Source of the DNA: Eledone cirrhosa
Lineage: Eukaryota
Assembly: GCA_964016885.1 (NCBI GenBank)
Contig: OZ024742.1
Coordinates: 291,524,001-291,588,000 of the forward strand
Length of the DNA stretch: 64,000 bases
Reading direction: 5' to 3'
Below, piece by piece: positions 39,302 to 52,600 of the stretch. The notes under the pieces are model-generated. The model worked only from the letters and a program-made list of their open reading frames with translations, was not told the origin of the DNA and did not search any database. Position numbers and translations under genes: made by a program. Within the stretch, counting starts at the first letter, position 1, and the number at the start of each line of letters is the position of its first letter.

Positions 39302-41793
39302 GTTGATACACAAAAAAATCTGTTCTACTTTCAACGTTAAAAAAACACGTGTTGTTTTAAGTTGTTTCACTATATTAAGTGTTAATTTTCGTGGTAAGGG
39401 CCTAATCTCACAGTAATCTCGAATTGACGAAATTTTAATGATGGTTTGTTTATTTTTAGAATTATATTTTAGTGTGGGTGTTATCGGGTGGTTTGAACAA
39501 ATGAAGGGGAAATAGTTTCGGGCGGTTTGAACACTAAAGCAAAAAGCAAATTGCTTCAGGCAGTTTGGTCTCAAAAAGGTTAACTTTACTTCATTTCTCA
39601 CTGGGAAAAATGGAAATAAGAGGAATCAAGTATTGGGTGCAGGAGAGAAGACGAGTTGGTATGGACATATGATGTGTATGGATAAAATGTGACATCTAAT
39701 GCAACTAAGCATGGAAGAGCAAACATAAGAAGGAATCATGCTGAGTTAGTACTATTGGAAATTAATAGTAGCCAGTTAACTCTTGCACAATATGTAAATA
39801 TACTTTATATGGGTTCATATATACACACTTTTATACTGAATCACGCTGTTTTAATGCTAATGCTAATTAATACTAGCCAGTCAAAACTTGCATTATATGT
39901 ATATATGCTTTCATCAATAATAGTATGTTTGCAAAATGCACTTCCATACCTCAGTGGCTGAGCATAAGCTGGTGGTGACAACAATGTAATACATATATCC
40001 ATTGCATTTACCCTGCAGCTGAAGTAGCTATGGCGTCATCACAGCTTAAAATACCTGCAGTGAGACTAAATGTGTGTTTTTTTTTTATGCCTGTTGTACA
40101 TGACTTGATATACACTTTTATTCTGAATCACACTGTGTTAGTGCAAATGGCCTTCCATACCTTGATATTTGAATGATAACAAACTGTAAGGCTGGAAAAA
40201 TACATACATCCCTTGCACCTACCCTGATACCATGGTGGCTGTGGTGTGGTAACAGCTTAAAATACTCACACTGAGACCTCTATGAATGTTTATTATCTTT
40301 AAACATATATGAGTGCATATACACCTTTATTATATATAAAGTTACGAATATTCAAATAATCAATGTTTCAAAATAATTTATAAAAAATGCTATACTGAAC
40401 TAATGAAATATCAAAAAGCAATTGCACAGTTTGATGAGACTAGAATGAAATAAGTTAGTAAATTTAATGAGATAGCAGATCAAAGAATATGTTGATAACA
40501 AACTTCCATAGTTACCAGCAACTCACTTCACAGTAAAACTTAAGAAATGTCGGGAAAACCTCAAATATGGAACAAATATAAAGATTTCTATAAAATCATA
40601 AAGTTGAAAGTTTTCTCTTAGAATACAACAAATGACAAATATCTGTTAACAATAGATGATTGTGAAACAATGTTATTATATATTGATATTTTTCTATTTT
40701 CTGGAATGTTTTGTAATAGAACTAAATCACAGAGATTCCACAGATGGAATGGTTTCCATAATACTGTTGTTACTATATTTCTAATGAAAGACACCGCTTC
40801 ATTATCCTCATCATCGTTTAACGTCCATTTTTCCATGCTAGCATGGGTTAGACGAGCTGTTCTGTTGTGAGACAAGTCAGGTCGGATTACCATGTTTTGC
40901 TCACACAGAACTGATTTTGGCTTGGTTTCTACAGCTGGATGCCCATTCTAACGCCAACCACATTTACAGTGTGGACTGGGCACTCATTGTTGTGGCAACA
41001 AGATGACCATATTTTTTTATTGTTTTGAAAATCAAGAATTTGGAACGATTTATGAAGCTGGTGTTTGAAACACAACAAAATGTTTGCATAGATTTAGCAA
41101 GAAAGGTTTTTAGATAAAGATGAAGCTTTAACCCTTTTGTTAAAAGGCAGGAAATTGGCATAGTTGTTAGAAAGTCAGATAGAATGCGTCATCCTAGCTC
41201 TCTGCCCTCTAAATTCAAATACTGCATAGGTCAACTTTGCCTTTTATCTTTCTGATGTTGCAGTACTAATGCAGTGATGGGGCTGATTCTTCCTTTTGTG
41301 TCCCTTTCTTACTCCCTCTCTCTATCTCCCTTTCTGTAAGAAATTGACCATGTTTAGAACTTGTTTTCAAATTTTGAAAATAATCAGCACATAACTTAAC
41401 AGTAGTTTTTACACATAATTATGATGGAAAGTGTTTAGATAAATATAATCATTTAAAGATTTAGTAATATAACTAACTTTCTCAGTATTAACCTGGTGAT
41501 TGGAGCATAACTTAATAATTGTACTTACATAAAATTATGGTGGAAGGTTTTTTTTTATATAAATATAAGCACTTTCAAATAAACAATAAGTGTCTCTCTC
41601 TCTCTCTCTCTCTCTTTCTCTGTGATACAAGGGGGAGATTACCAACAAATTTGCGTTTCACTGTATGAAAATAGGGTGGTGGGGGCTTATATATATATAT
41701 GTGTGTGTGTGTGTGTCTGATGGTAGCTAAGATGCTTCCATAGCCGGTATGCCGGTTGAGCACTCTATGCTCTTACAGAGCAGAGTATGATAG

Positions 41794-42123
41794 AATAGAA
41801 AACGAAAAATCAGTGATGCATCTGAACTCAATTTATTGTGTGTTACAATTGTTTTCGCAGGCGGAGAGCTCGAGACGCGATCATTGTGTGGATGTCTGAT
41901 TCTGGATCCGCAGGTTCAACAGACACGTCTGATGATTTCAGGGGGCATATTCTCTCACTGTGAGAGAATATGCTCTGAAATCATTAGACGTGTCCGTCGA
42001 ACCTGCGGGTCCAGAATCAGACAGATCCACACAATGATCGCGTCTCAAGCTGTCCGCCGGCGAAACAATTGTAACACACAATAAATTGAGTTCAGATGCA
42101 TCACTGATTTTTCGTTTTCTATT
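41794..42123. mobile_element. 330-bp near-perfect palindromic (foldback) element
   Basis: ~165-bp arms with a 1-nt loop at 41959 (tctctcac-t-gtgagaga); about 8 substitutions and 3 small indels between arms. Confidence 0.93.
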
Positions 42124-42481
42124 ATATATATATAAAATAAGCAGACAAGAACAAAATATCAATTTAACATTTTATACCCGTTTTATTCTAACATGATGTA
42201 TGTTTCACAATCGCTCAGCTCAAGGTACAATCGATCACAGTTGAGCCTGACACTGGAATCGATTAAATAAAGTATTAGTGACTCACTGGGAACAGTTTTG
42301 TCGATTTACCCCATCCCTTCATATTACTAGCCTTGTGCCAAATGTAGAAACCATTATTAACACTCTATGGCAATACAAGTGATGAATCCTACATTAGTAG
42401 CTTGATCCTTGTAATAGCATTGAGTGGTCAAACTGGTTCACCAGCAGCAGTTTAATATTACACACCAACCAAAAAATAAAT

Positions 42482-42531
<50 letters not shown>

Positions 42532-42602
42532 TATGTGCGTGTATGTATATCACTGCAGAAGGTAGGGAAAAAAAGGATATGCCATATACATACATATGCA
42601 TA

Positions 42603-42700
42603 TAGGGTGTCCCAAAAATGTATACATACTTTGATTACCTGTACAGGCAATATTTATTAGAATGCTGTTGAAGTGTGCATACATTTTTTGGAACACCCTG
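42603..42700. mobile_element. Tc1/mariner-type MITE (~98 bp)
   Basis: TIRs agggtgtcccaaaaatgtatacatactt / aagtgtgcatacattttttggaacaccctg with TA flanks. Confidence 0.85.
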
Positions 42701-42861
42701 TATATATATATATTCTGACCAACATAGATTAGAATTTATCAACCATACAAGTAATAAACACTTTGATCAATTTTGATTTTCATTATCATCTTTGTGTCTG
42801 TCTCAATATATATGTTATTCCTGTCTGTCTTTCTTTCTCCTTGTCTGTTTCCATCAATTAA

Positions 42862-42903
<42 letters not shown>

Positions 42904-43239
42904 GACCATCACCATCCTTTGAACATGACCATAAATGTTCAAGGAATTATCATCATCCTCCCTCAACACAATTACACACCATACATCACAACATACATCA
43001 CAATGAAATCTTAAAGATATGATATCAAAAAGTGAAGGTAATAATATCCTTGAAGTATGACTAATCTTAATTATTGGGAAACTACAATAGAATTTCCCCA
43101 CCCCCTCAACCAATTCATCCAAGACAAAGAAATCCTACAGTTTCTAGCACACTTCAATTTCACACCATTAATCAAGTCCACTCCTAATGTTAAAGAAATA
43201 CCATTATTAGTGTGAACTGAAATAACCTATTGATGTATA

Positions 43240-43652
43240 TTAACCCTTTTGTTACCATATTTCTAATGAAAGACTCTGCCTATGGTTTGAAAATAATCAA
43301 GTATTTGGAGGGATTTAGCAATAAAATTTGCTTTCTCATTATTAAGCTGGTGTTTGGAATATATTTTAAAAAAGGTTTTTGCATAAAATTATTTTGGAAG
43401 TTTTTTTTCATAACTATAAAGATGTTGACCATTTCATTACTATATTACTAATGAAAGTCACTGCCTATGAGTTTGAAATAACTTTGAAATTAATCAACAA
43501 TTTAGAAGGATTTCATTAACTTTCTTATTATTTAGTTAGTTTGGGGAACATAATAAAAGTTTTTAGATAAATATATTAAACATTTTAATATAATATGTTC
43601 TGCATCATAGAACCAAGGCTGGTTTCTGGTAGATTGGCATGAAAAAGGTTAA
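43240..43652. mobile_element. Dimeric TTAA MITE family 1
   Basis: TTAAcccttttgttacc...; a second unit starts at ~43425; ends aaaaaggTTAA. Confidence 0.75.
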
Positions 43653-43718
43653 GAAGAAAGAGGGGGAGAACATGGAATTCTATGAACAAAATTAATTAAC
43701 AAGCATTTTTATCTTTTA

Positions 43719-44648
43719 CTAGCATTAAAGCCCGGCGTTGCTCGGGGTCAGTAAGTTACCAAAGTTAGATTGCACCACCCATTTTATGGCAGCACTTTTT
43801 TGTCTGCCAGGCACTGGGTGAATGAATTGCAGACTTGGACTGCCGAAGCAGGAGCTGCACCAGCAGTGACAATTGTAATTTCGCCTATGGATATTATCTC
43901 TGTGCAAAGAAGTGTTGAAATTTATTGTTTCACAGTACTTGCGCAACACACACGTAGACGATGCCAGCCAAACAACAGAGCTGCGATGGAGTTGTTCTGC
44001 ATGGTTGTCTAATGTGTGTTTTCTAAATTTAAGACAGTAGGGAGGGGTGTGATATGGGGGAGAGTTAGCTGCTGTTTCTAGCAGGTTTAGTAACCTCATA
44101 GAGGATATTATTGTGTATAGTAAATGAACTGATACTTTTTTCTTCCACGTTCGTTGAGAGATGTTTTAAAAAAGATTTATCACTATTTTTTTTGTTGTTG
44201 AATAAATTTATCTGTTGCTTTTGAATAATTGTTGTTTCGTATGAAATGTAATAAGTTCTCTTGGTCATTGAAGTAAATAAATGTTTGACCGTTCCACACT
44301 CAAAAACAAACGTTCCCCCTCTCTCTCTCTCTCACTCTTAAAGTTTGTAAGTTTAATCGTATATAAGAGAAAGTTGCATGTATGTAGTTTTATCGAATTT
44401 TAAGGGGAGTAGGGAGAGTAAATCAGATTGTATTAGAGGGGTAAAACGTCATGTATTTAGTTTTATCGATTATTTCCGTAATTGTTGGTGAGTTTGAATG
44501 AAATAAATAGTCGTTGACCTAAGTTAGACCATTTACAACATTCTTACAGACTTTGTGTCGAATCAGTTTGAAATTGCAAATGTATAAACATGGAACATGC
44601 ACACACACACACACACAACAACAACAATCTGCCTTTTATAGATAATGA
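43719..44648 (-). mobile_element. Non-autonomous Helitron H3
   Basis: Same 3' hairpin and CTAG as H2 with ~390 bp shared; 5' end A|TCattatctataaaaggcag. Confidence 0.85.
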
Positions 44649-45117
44649 TAAAACAAAATATGAAATTCCTAATGTTTGCTTTAGATTATATTTAACCTAA
44701 ATGCATTGTTTAAAATATATTATCAACATCATTATTTTTAATGTCACTTTCTCCGTGTTAACATAGGCTAAATTAGTCTCAAGTACAGACCAATATTTTC
44801 AGTTTCCTTCACACTCCCTCATTATCCTCAACAATAAAGTGTGTTTATCCAATCTCTCCAATTTCTTTCATGTCTTGAAAACATTAAGTACAACTTATTG
44901 TTTGCTACTACAGTATCAACACTTTTGATATTAACCTGCTTGGAACTGTCCCTGCTTCTACAATATAAAGCATTTTTTCTCTCAACTCATCTAAGCTTTA
45001 TTGTTCACATGCAGGCACACACATACATACACACTAAAATGGTAGGGTGAATTAATAAGTATTTTATCAAAATACTTAACTATTTAAGACTTTGAAACTA
45101 CACTCAGTAAATCTATC

Positions 45118-45150
<33 letters not shown>

Positions 45151-46249
45151 TGTGTGTGTGTGTAGGTATCACGACAAAAAGTGCCCTGTCCACACTGTAA
45201 ATTGGTTGTTTCGGTGCATGATATAAAGCACCCAGTACGCAAATGTGGTTGGAATTAGGAAGGGCATTCATCCATAGAAACCAAGTCCAAATCAGTTCTG
45301 TATAAGTAAAACATGGTCATCCGACCTGGCTTGTCTAACCTATGCTAGTGTGGAAAATGGATGTTAAACGGCAATGATGATGATATCATCTATCTATATG
45401 TGTGTGTGTGTGTGAGTGTGTCAAGTTCTTGCAACCTTCCTAGTACTGGTGCCACAACAAAATGCACTCAGTACACCCTGTAAAATGGATGGTGATTGAA
45501 AGGGCATCTAACTATAGAAACCATGTCGAACCTGGAACAAATGTTAGCAAGATGCAGCCTGCAGCACGTCTTTGAGGATAGTAGCTCCAATTAAGTATTG
45601 GCTTGGTTTGTGATGACTTGTCCAACCCTTGCCAATATGGAAAAACAAATGTTAAATGATGATGATGATGAAATTTATGAAAGTTTACCCTCATTTTTTG
45701 TCAACCATCATTTGGATGTGATGCATAGTCTGAGAATAAATGTGATGATGATGAAGTTGATCATAGCTATAAATCGGTAATTCCATTGAGTTCCACTATA
45801 GCTGCCAATATTTCTATGTCATTTATTGGATCTATGTATCGTGTAACATAAAAGGTTTGTTACTGCAAATTGCCTTAAAAAACCATTAATATGAGAAAAT
45901 GTATGCCATTAATTGCTATTAATTGGATATCTTTGATTTATGTTTAATATAAAAATTCTTGGAGTGATGCAATACTGATTTTCTTTTTTTTTTTTTGTTA
46001 TAATTTTATTGCAGAAGCACATATATTATGGACACACCACACACACACACACATATATATGCACTCATAAATATGTCCCAAAAGAAAGAATATTGATTTT
46101 CCTATGTATGATATGGTAACACAGCACATCGATGTGTATAGATATGTTGGTTATGACCTTTGCTGCACATACATATTTGTTTCAATATGATTGATGGAGT
46201 TAGTCATGAGTTATTGTTCAGACATGTTTATAACCTCTGTTACATCTGC

Positions 46250-46450
46250 GATACAGGAAAATATCAAACTATGGTACACGTTAAAATTTTGTGTGAAACC
46301 CAACAAACCTGTCACCAAAACATTTAATTCTTCAACACAAGTTTATGGAGATGCCACTTAATTGAAAAGTAAGGTTTTTAGGCGGCACAAAGATTTGAAA
46401 GAGAGCCAAGAAAATGTTGAAGATGAACTTCATTCTGGAAGGCCAAAATA
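46250..46450 (+). pseudogene. mariner transposase N-terminal HTH fragment
   Basis: YTLKFCVKPNKPVTKTF..QVYGDATL..VFRRHKDLKESQENVEDELHSGRP matches the mariner IKFC..AYG..EDxxRSGRP pattern. Confidence 0.85.
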
Positions 46451-47350
46451 GCTTGTGAAATAAGAAATATAGGTTTACTTATCTTACCAGGCATGCTCTA
46501 ATTAATTGTCAATTTTATCCAGGGCCACAAATCTGTGAAAACTCTACCTTACCCAGACTCTGATGAGAAATTATTGGATCTACCTAGCTCACCCACAGAT
46601 ACATCATCACTCTATGTTGGACAAAGAGAAAGAGGCCCACACTGTTGAAGAAACAGGCTCTGTCACTGATGCTCTTTCGCTCACATGATATCAAAGCCCA
46701 CATACTTCTAGTATACTTTCCCATTTGTGTTCATCTCCTTTACTAAATAAATTTCATTCTTCACATTACAGTAGTTTACGTTATACTGCTGGAGTTTATG
46801 TTTTAAGAACAAGGAACCATCTTCAGTTGTCTACATCTAATTTAGATTCTAATTCATTATTAAATAGCAACCTTTCATAATCAATTTCTCATTGAGTGCA
46901 ATGATGTGGATATGATGTATGACAGAAGCTTCACAAGATGGTTAATTGATAATTACATGCATACACACACACACACATGCACCACACCTAATCACATACA
47001 CACTCATACACCACTCCCACACCACTCACACACACGCACATATATAAAAAATTAATTAAGCTGTTTTTAATTCAGTGTTTATGGGTTTTGTATATATTTG
47101 ATAATGATGATAAAATATTATACGTAAAAATGATGGAAGATCGTCAGCATTAATGTATAAAAGTACTCCTGTCTTTATTGATTGTCTTGCTAATCTTTCT
47201 TAGATCAAACTAGGATTATATTACATTGAAATTACTCAGCTTTAACTCTCCATCAACTAACAACTGCAATGTATTATTATTATGTTACTGGCCTTTTTTA
47301 ACCCTTTTTAACTGAATCTACCCCTGATTTTATGATATAAAACTGTTGAT

Positions 47351-47572
47351 TTAACCCTTTAGAATTTAAAACAGCCATATCCAGCCAGAATTCTCTCACC
47401 ATTCAAACCAGCTGTAACTGGCTGCTCATACTTATGATAAGGTATTGTTCTCAAATTAAATAATATCAAAATCTTATAGATTCTATATTATGTGAGAAAC
47501 TTATATGAAGTAAAATATTTACTGTGAAAATACAAGAGTATTTATATAGTAATGGAAATGCTAAAGGGTTCA
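47351..47572. mobile_element. TTAA MITE family 2 nested in a family 1 copy
   Basis: ttaaccctttagaattt...aatgctaaagggtt with family 1 sequence on both sides. Confidence 0.8.
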
Positions 47573-48987
47573 AGTGTTTATATTGTAAAAGCTTTCCATC
47601 ATAATTGTATGTAAGAATCTTTATGTTCCAAACACCAACTTCATAACAACTAAATTCCCCACAAATTCTTAATTATTTTCAAAATTGTTGAAAATTATAA
47701 GTAGTGTCTTTAATTAGAAACATGTATCAAAAGTGTTAAAGAAAAGAAAAACTTTCAGAAACATTTTTTTTTGTGCTCAGTTGCTGAAGCATAAAACAAA
47801 CTACCTGCATCAGTTGTTGGCTGTCGGGACACTGCATCCTTCAAAACTTCCATGCTTCCCAAAATTGGCCCACACTACACATGATATTCCCCCCTTCATA
47901 CACATGCATGCATGTGTGTGTGTCTGTGCATATCATGACTCATACACTGTTCACTTTCTTGACATTTGTACATTATTCTATTTACTATACATGCACCTTT
48001 GATGAGTTGTAGTGCGCCTGAGCACTGTACACAACCATTTTCATTATTATTATTATAACAGTTGTGTGGTGATTGCATTGTTAACCCTTTCGTAATTGTA
48101 TTTTTAATGAAATTAATTCAGTAATTTTGAGATATTAAAAAAAATTATTTCTTTATATTACATATGCAATGCTACTGACCTCTCAGATGTGCCATGCTGC
48201 CGAATCTGGCTTACATACATTTCCACACTATATAGAGTGCGCTGGCACCAAAGCGATGTCATATTGTTAACATAGCTGAAGAGTCATCTTCACTATTTGG
48301 GTTTTTAATTTAGACACGAGAGCAAAATTCTTTTGGTGGGGTGAGGGAGTAGGTCAATTAAATCCACCGAGTGCTGGATTGGTAACTTGTTTTATTGACC
48401 CCAGAGTGATGAGACACAAAGATTTGAACTCAGAACAAAAAGAGCTACAATAAATATTACAAATGATGATTTAACGATTCTGCCAGTCAACTTAGTCTTC
48501 TTTCACTTAAGTAGACAATGTGATAATCTGCAATGAAATCTGACACCAAATGTATCATTGTCTCCAACTACTTACCTTTATATCAGTGTACCAGTGTGTG
48601 TGCACATTTATATATATATATATATATATATATGTCTGTTTGTACATATCTATATACTTAGGTTTAATATAATGTTGTTCTACTAAGAAAGCTGTATTAT
48701 TATCAAGTACATGCACATGCACACACTGTCCATATAACAAGCTGAATTATCATCATCATCATTTTACATCCATGCAGATGTAAAATGATGATGATGATAT
48801 TTCAACTTGTTATAATATGGGCAGTATATGTATGAAGAGAGTCTGTAAGTGATTCACTAAAATAGTTCCTTACCGTTTAATTTATTTCAGCCTACTAGAT
48901 ATTGATTAAATTGTTGATGCCAAAACCTAAAAGACCAATTAATGAATAAGGAAGATAAAAATGAAGAAAGAATGTTTGCTCAATGAA

Positions 48988-49160
48988 GAATATATTAATG
49001 AAAGACAGATTTATTGTGGAATGGACCTCCATCAGTTCCAACAATGAGTGTCTCAGTTGTTCAAACAGAGAGTGTGACTGTGGAATATATTAATGAAAGA
49101 AAGACTTAGTATGGAATGGATTTCTGTTAGTTCCAGTAATGATTGTCCCAGTTGTTCACT
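48988..49160. repeat. Tandem duplication of a ~95-bp unit
   Basis: gaatatattaatgaaaga...ggaatgga...agttcca...agttgttca occurs twice. Confidence 0.8.
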
Positions 49161-49189
49161 CTACTCATGAAATAAATATACAAGAGGCT

Positions 49190-49980
49190 GTGCATTCCAC
49201 AGACTTGACAGCCCTTAATGTAATTCTCAGGGAGATTGAGCCTGACACTGTGTGAGACAAGACTAGCCCTTTGAATTACAATTACACTTCAGTGTAGGTG
49301 GTTGAGTATTCCACAAGCACATGAACCCCTTAAGGAAATTCAACACGACACAATGTGTGACAAAGCTGGTGCTTTTAATTTTAGTTACAGTCCATCTTGT
49401 ACTATAATGTATGAGGGCGGTGGATTGGCAGTATCGGTAGAGAGTCGGAAGCCATGCTTTCCAGCATAGTTACGTCCCTCTACGGTCTGAGTTCAAATCC
49501 CACCGAGGTTCACTTTGCCTTTCATCCTTACGGGGTCGATAAAATAAAGTACCAGTAATGCACTGGTTAATTGCTGGCCTTGTGCCAAAAAGTAGAAACA
49601 ATTATAATGTATGAGTAAATGGCTGAGTATTCCACAGATAAGTGAGTCTTTAATATAATTTTGAGAGATTCAGCATGATGCAAGACTGTCCTTTGAATTA
49701 CAGATATTGTTCATCATATATTATAGTGAAACTGACTGATTATTCTACAGATACATGTACCTTTAACATAATTCTCAGAGAGATTCAGCATGATAGAATG
49801 TGGGATAAGGTTGGCCCTTTGAATTACAGGTACATTCTCTGCATCTATTGTATTGTAAATGGCTTAGTATTCGATAGACATATATATTATGTTCCTTTAA
49901 CATAATTCTCAGGAAGATTCAGTATGACACAGTGAGTGATGAGGCTGGATCATTGAATTGCAGGTACATTCCATCCAATA
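49190..49980 (-). repeat. Minisatellite built from the SINE S3 core (about 5 units), interrupted by an S1 SINE
   Basis: Recurring taattctcagggagattcagc.tgacaca...ccctttgaattacag. Confidence 0.8.
49416..49602 (+). mobile_element. SINE S1 with 13-bp TSD
   Basis: tataatgtatgag at 49403-49415 and 49603-49615; A and B boxes intact. Confidence 0.93.
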
Positions 49981-52097
49981 ATGCTTCCATACAGTTTCTG
50001 TCTACCAAAATTCACTCACAAATCTTGGGTCAGCCTGAGGCTTTGGTAAAAGAAACTTAGCCAATATGCCATACTGTAGGATTAAACCTTTGGCCTAATG
50101 ATTGCAACACAAAATTCTTAACCATTCAGCCGTATTCCTTCCACAGGATTTAGTGCAGATAATATCCGTGTTGTTGAACATTTTATCATCAAATCCTATT
50201 TCTTAATTAACTAGCTTTCATCAAAATACCATTGCACTCTCAAAATATATGTAGAAAGGTTTGTTATAAAACACATTGATTTTTCACTCATCATTTAGAT
50301 AAAATTGTGAAGTTCTTTAATAATCTTGCAATATTAGTTCCATTAAGGTTAGAAGTTTCTTCACCTTGTCCTTTGAGAGTTCTCGATATCCTGCAAATTA
50401 GAAAATGTCATTTATGCTTTATTAGCTGAATGAAGTCTTTTATATGTCTTTTCTAATAAACCAACTTGAGATTTCAAGTCAGAGCTAGTTTCTGACGTTC
50501 AACTAACCAAACAGACAAAAATAGAAGTTTAGTTGAAATAATTGGTCAGTGTCTGATTTTATTAGTGTGAATGTGTTTAGTTTAGTTTAGTTTAGATCAC
50601 TTTACAGTTTAAAAGAAGCCACGTTTCACATGATTTTAACACATTTAGTTGAAATAATTTTACCAAGAAGATATTGGAAATGACATTTAATGAAATATGT
50701 TATTGAGTTTTACTGATCTTTTAATCCTCTTGATTCTCATTTAATCTATTTTTATGTTGCTTTGCAGTCATTTTTATATATATTTAGTTGTAGAGAATCT
50801 CTCTGTTGAAGTAGTTTTTAGTACACCTTAGACAAAACTAACTGATATTATCTTGTGTGTGTGTCTATTACAGTGAACTACAGATGTAATGTAATCTTGG
50901 TGTTAGTGTAGTTTTACTATATTCTAGACAGAAATTAAATATTCTTAGCTTGAGTGTGTTTGTGTGTCTATTTACGGTGAAGTACCCAGATGTGATTAAA
51001 CATTTTTATTAGTGTAGATTTTACATTTTAAACAAAACTGCATTTTACCACATATATTCATTTTTACCCTTTCATTATCATATCTTTAATCAAAAATATT
51101 GCTTATAATTTTCAAATCATTTTGAAAATAACCAAGAATTTAGAGTGATTTAGTAATATAATTACCAACTTAATAAGTTGGTGTTTGGAACATAACTTAA
51201 GAGTTTGTTACATTAAATTATCATGGAAGATTTTTAGATAAATATATAAAGACCTTAAAATAAGATTGTTTTATTTTCAATTCATGGAGATATTTAATTG
51301 AACAATATATTAAGTAATTAAGAATGCAATTTTACAAAATTGACAAAAAGAAATAAAAAGTGGGGGATGGGAAAGGAGAAACTCTACATTCTTGACCAGA
51401 TGGTATATCTCAGCCACCACAGTCCTTGTACAAGATGATGAAAGTACTGTTTTGTTTATATAGAATCAGGGGCGGTTTCAGGCAGCTTGATATCAAGGGG
51501 ATTAATGTTTTATGATAATAATGTTCTTTGTATTGTGTTATGAAATGGTGATTTTGTGGGAAATGTTTACATTGTTGTTTTATTGATTTCATAATCATAA
51601 CAGGTGACTAAAATGGTGTCAAGAAAAAGCACCCCACTGTAAAGCATTGCTTCAAAAAGGATCCCCCATCTCATGAGGCCTGCAAGACTAACCTTTTCTT
51701 AAAAATCCTTGTTGTTATTGATTTCATCTTGAATTTAATATTGTTCTTCATCTATTCCAGGTAAGTGTCCGAACTAGAAATACAAATATCCAATCAAATG
51801 TTATATATATGCCGTTGGTAAGTTGGAGAAATTATTTTACCATCTTCTATTTTACAATTTCCATCATGGACCATGTGTTTGCTGAGTAAATACATACACA
51901 GAATTTCTAAAACATAATTTCTAGGTTCACATCTTGCCATTGTCACTTAAGTACAGGTGTTTTGTTATGCTGAGTAGATTAAACTGTTATGTTAGAAGGA
52001 GGAAGGAGAAGACCGGTAACGAGAAGGGGAGTAGACAATATCCAAGTAATTATTGGTGTCCCATTTCTTATATGTGAATACCTCATTAGAAAATGTT

Positions 52098-52250
52098 ATA
52101 GGTGTCTTGACTTACCTCAATAGTTGGAAACACCAACATTTCCTGCTGTAGTGTGTAATTGTGGGACCCAATATTACCCACAGTAATGTCATGGGTGTCT
52201 TGACTTAACTCTATAATGGGAAACACCAATGTTCCTGTTGTAGTGTGCAA
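52098..52250. repeat. 93-bp-period tandem duplication
   Basis: ggtgtcttgactta...ggaaacaccaa...cctg.tgtagtgtg at 52101 and 52194. Confidence 0.8.
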
Positions 52251-52443
52251 CTGAGTTTGTATCCCTTCTGTTTTATTTCTCTGGTTAATTTCTATTGATA
52301 TGTTTCTTTTGTAAATCATAAACGTTATATAATAGAGATGTAAATGAAATATATGGTATGTTTATGTATAATAAACATGAGAGTCTTGCTATGAATGTTT
52401 TAAGCTATGATCATATCACAGCTCTCTCAGGAGCCATTGTGTA

Positions 52444-52486
52444 TGCCAGACATCTGTTTCTGGAGTTTTATCCTTCATCGGTGACA
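52444..52486 (-). ncRNA. Decayed type I hammerhead ribozyme of Penelope/retrozyme type
   Basis: ugucaC-c-GAUGA-a-gga[uaaaac]ucc-a-GAAAca[ga]ugUC-uggca; one core change (U4C). Confidence 0.6.
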
Positions 52487-52519
52487 TTTACTCATTCAGT
52501 TCTGAGATGAGAGTAGACA

Positions 52520-52600
52520 AAAGCCTATATATGGTTTTTCCATATGACACATCTGCTGGAAATGCTCATTTGCATATAGTGTGAACTTGATTGGTGAGGA
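52520..52600 (-). promoter_or_regulatory. CCAAT, octamer (ATGCAAAT) and TATA-like boxes upstream of the hammerhead
   Basis: Minus strand reads ccaatca...atgcaaat...catatatagg, about 40 nt before the ribozyme. Confidence 0.4.

Noticed and set aside
41730-41790. Possible hammerhead on the minus strand (gagca/tgctc and ccgg/ccgg stems)
   Set aside because: Both CUGANGA and GAAA core boxes are broken; support is insufficient
46519-46650. Possible coding exon after ttttatccag (GHKSVKTLPYPDSDEK...)
   Set aside because: Short, ends in a stop, has no recognisable homology and no partner exons
50290-50410. Minus-strand acceptor ttttctaatttgcag with short open frames
   Set aside because: No convincing donor or recognisable protein; cannot be supported without RNA data
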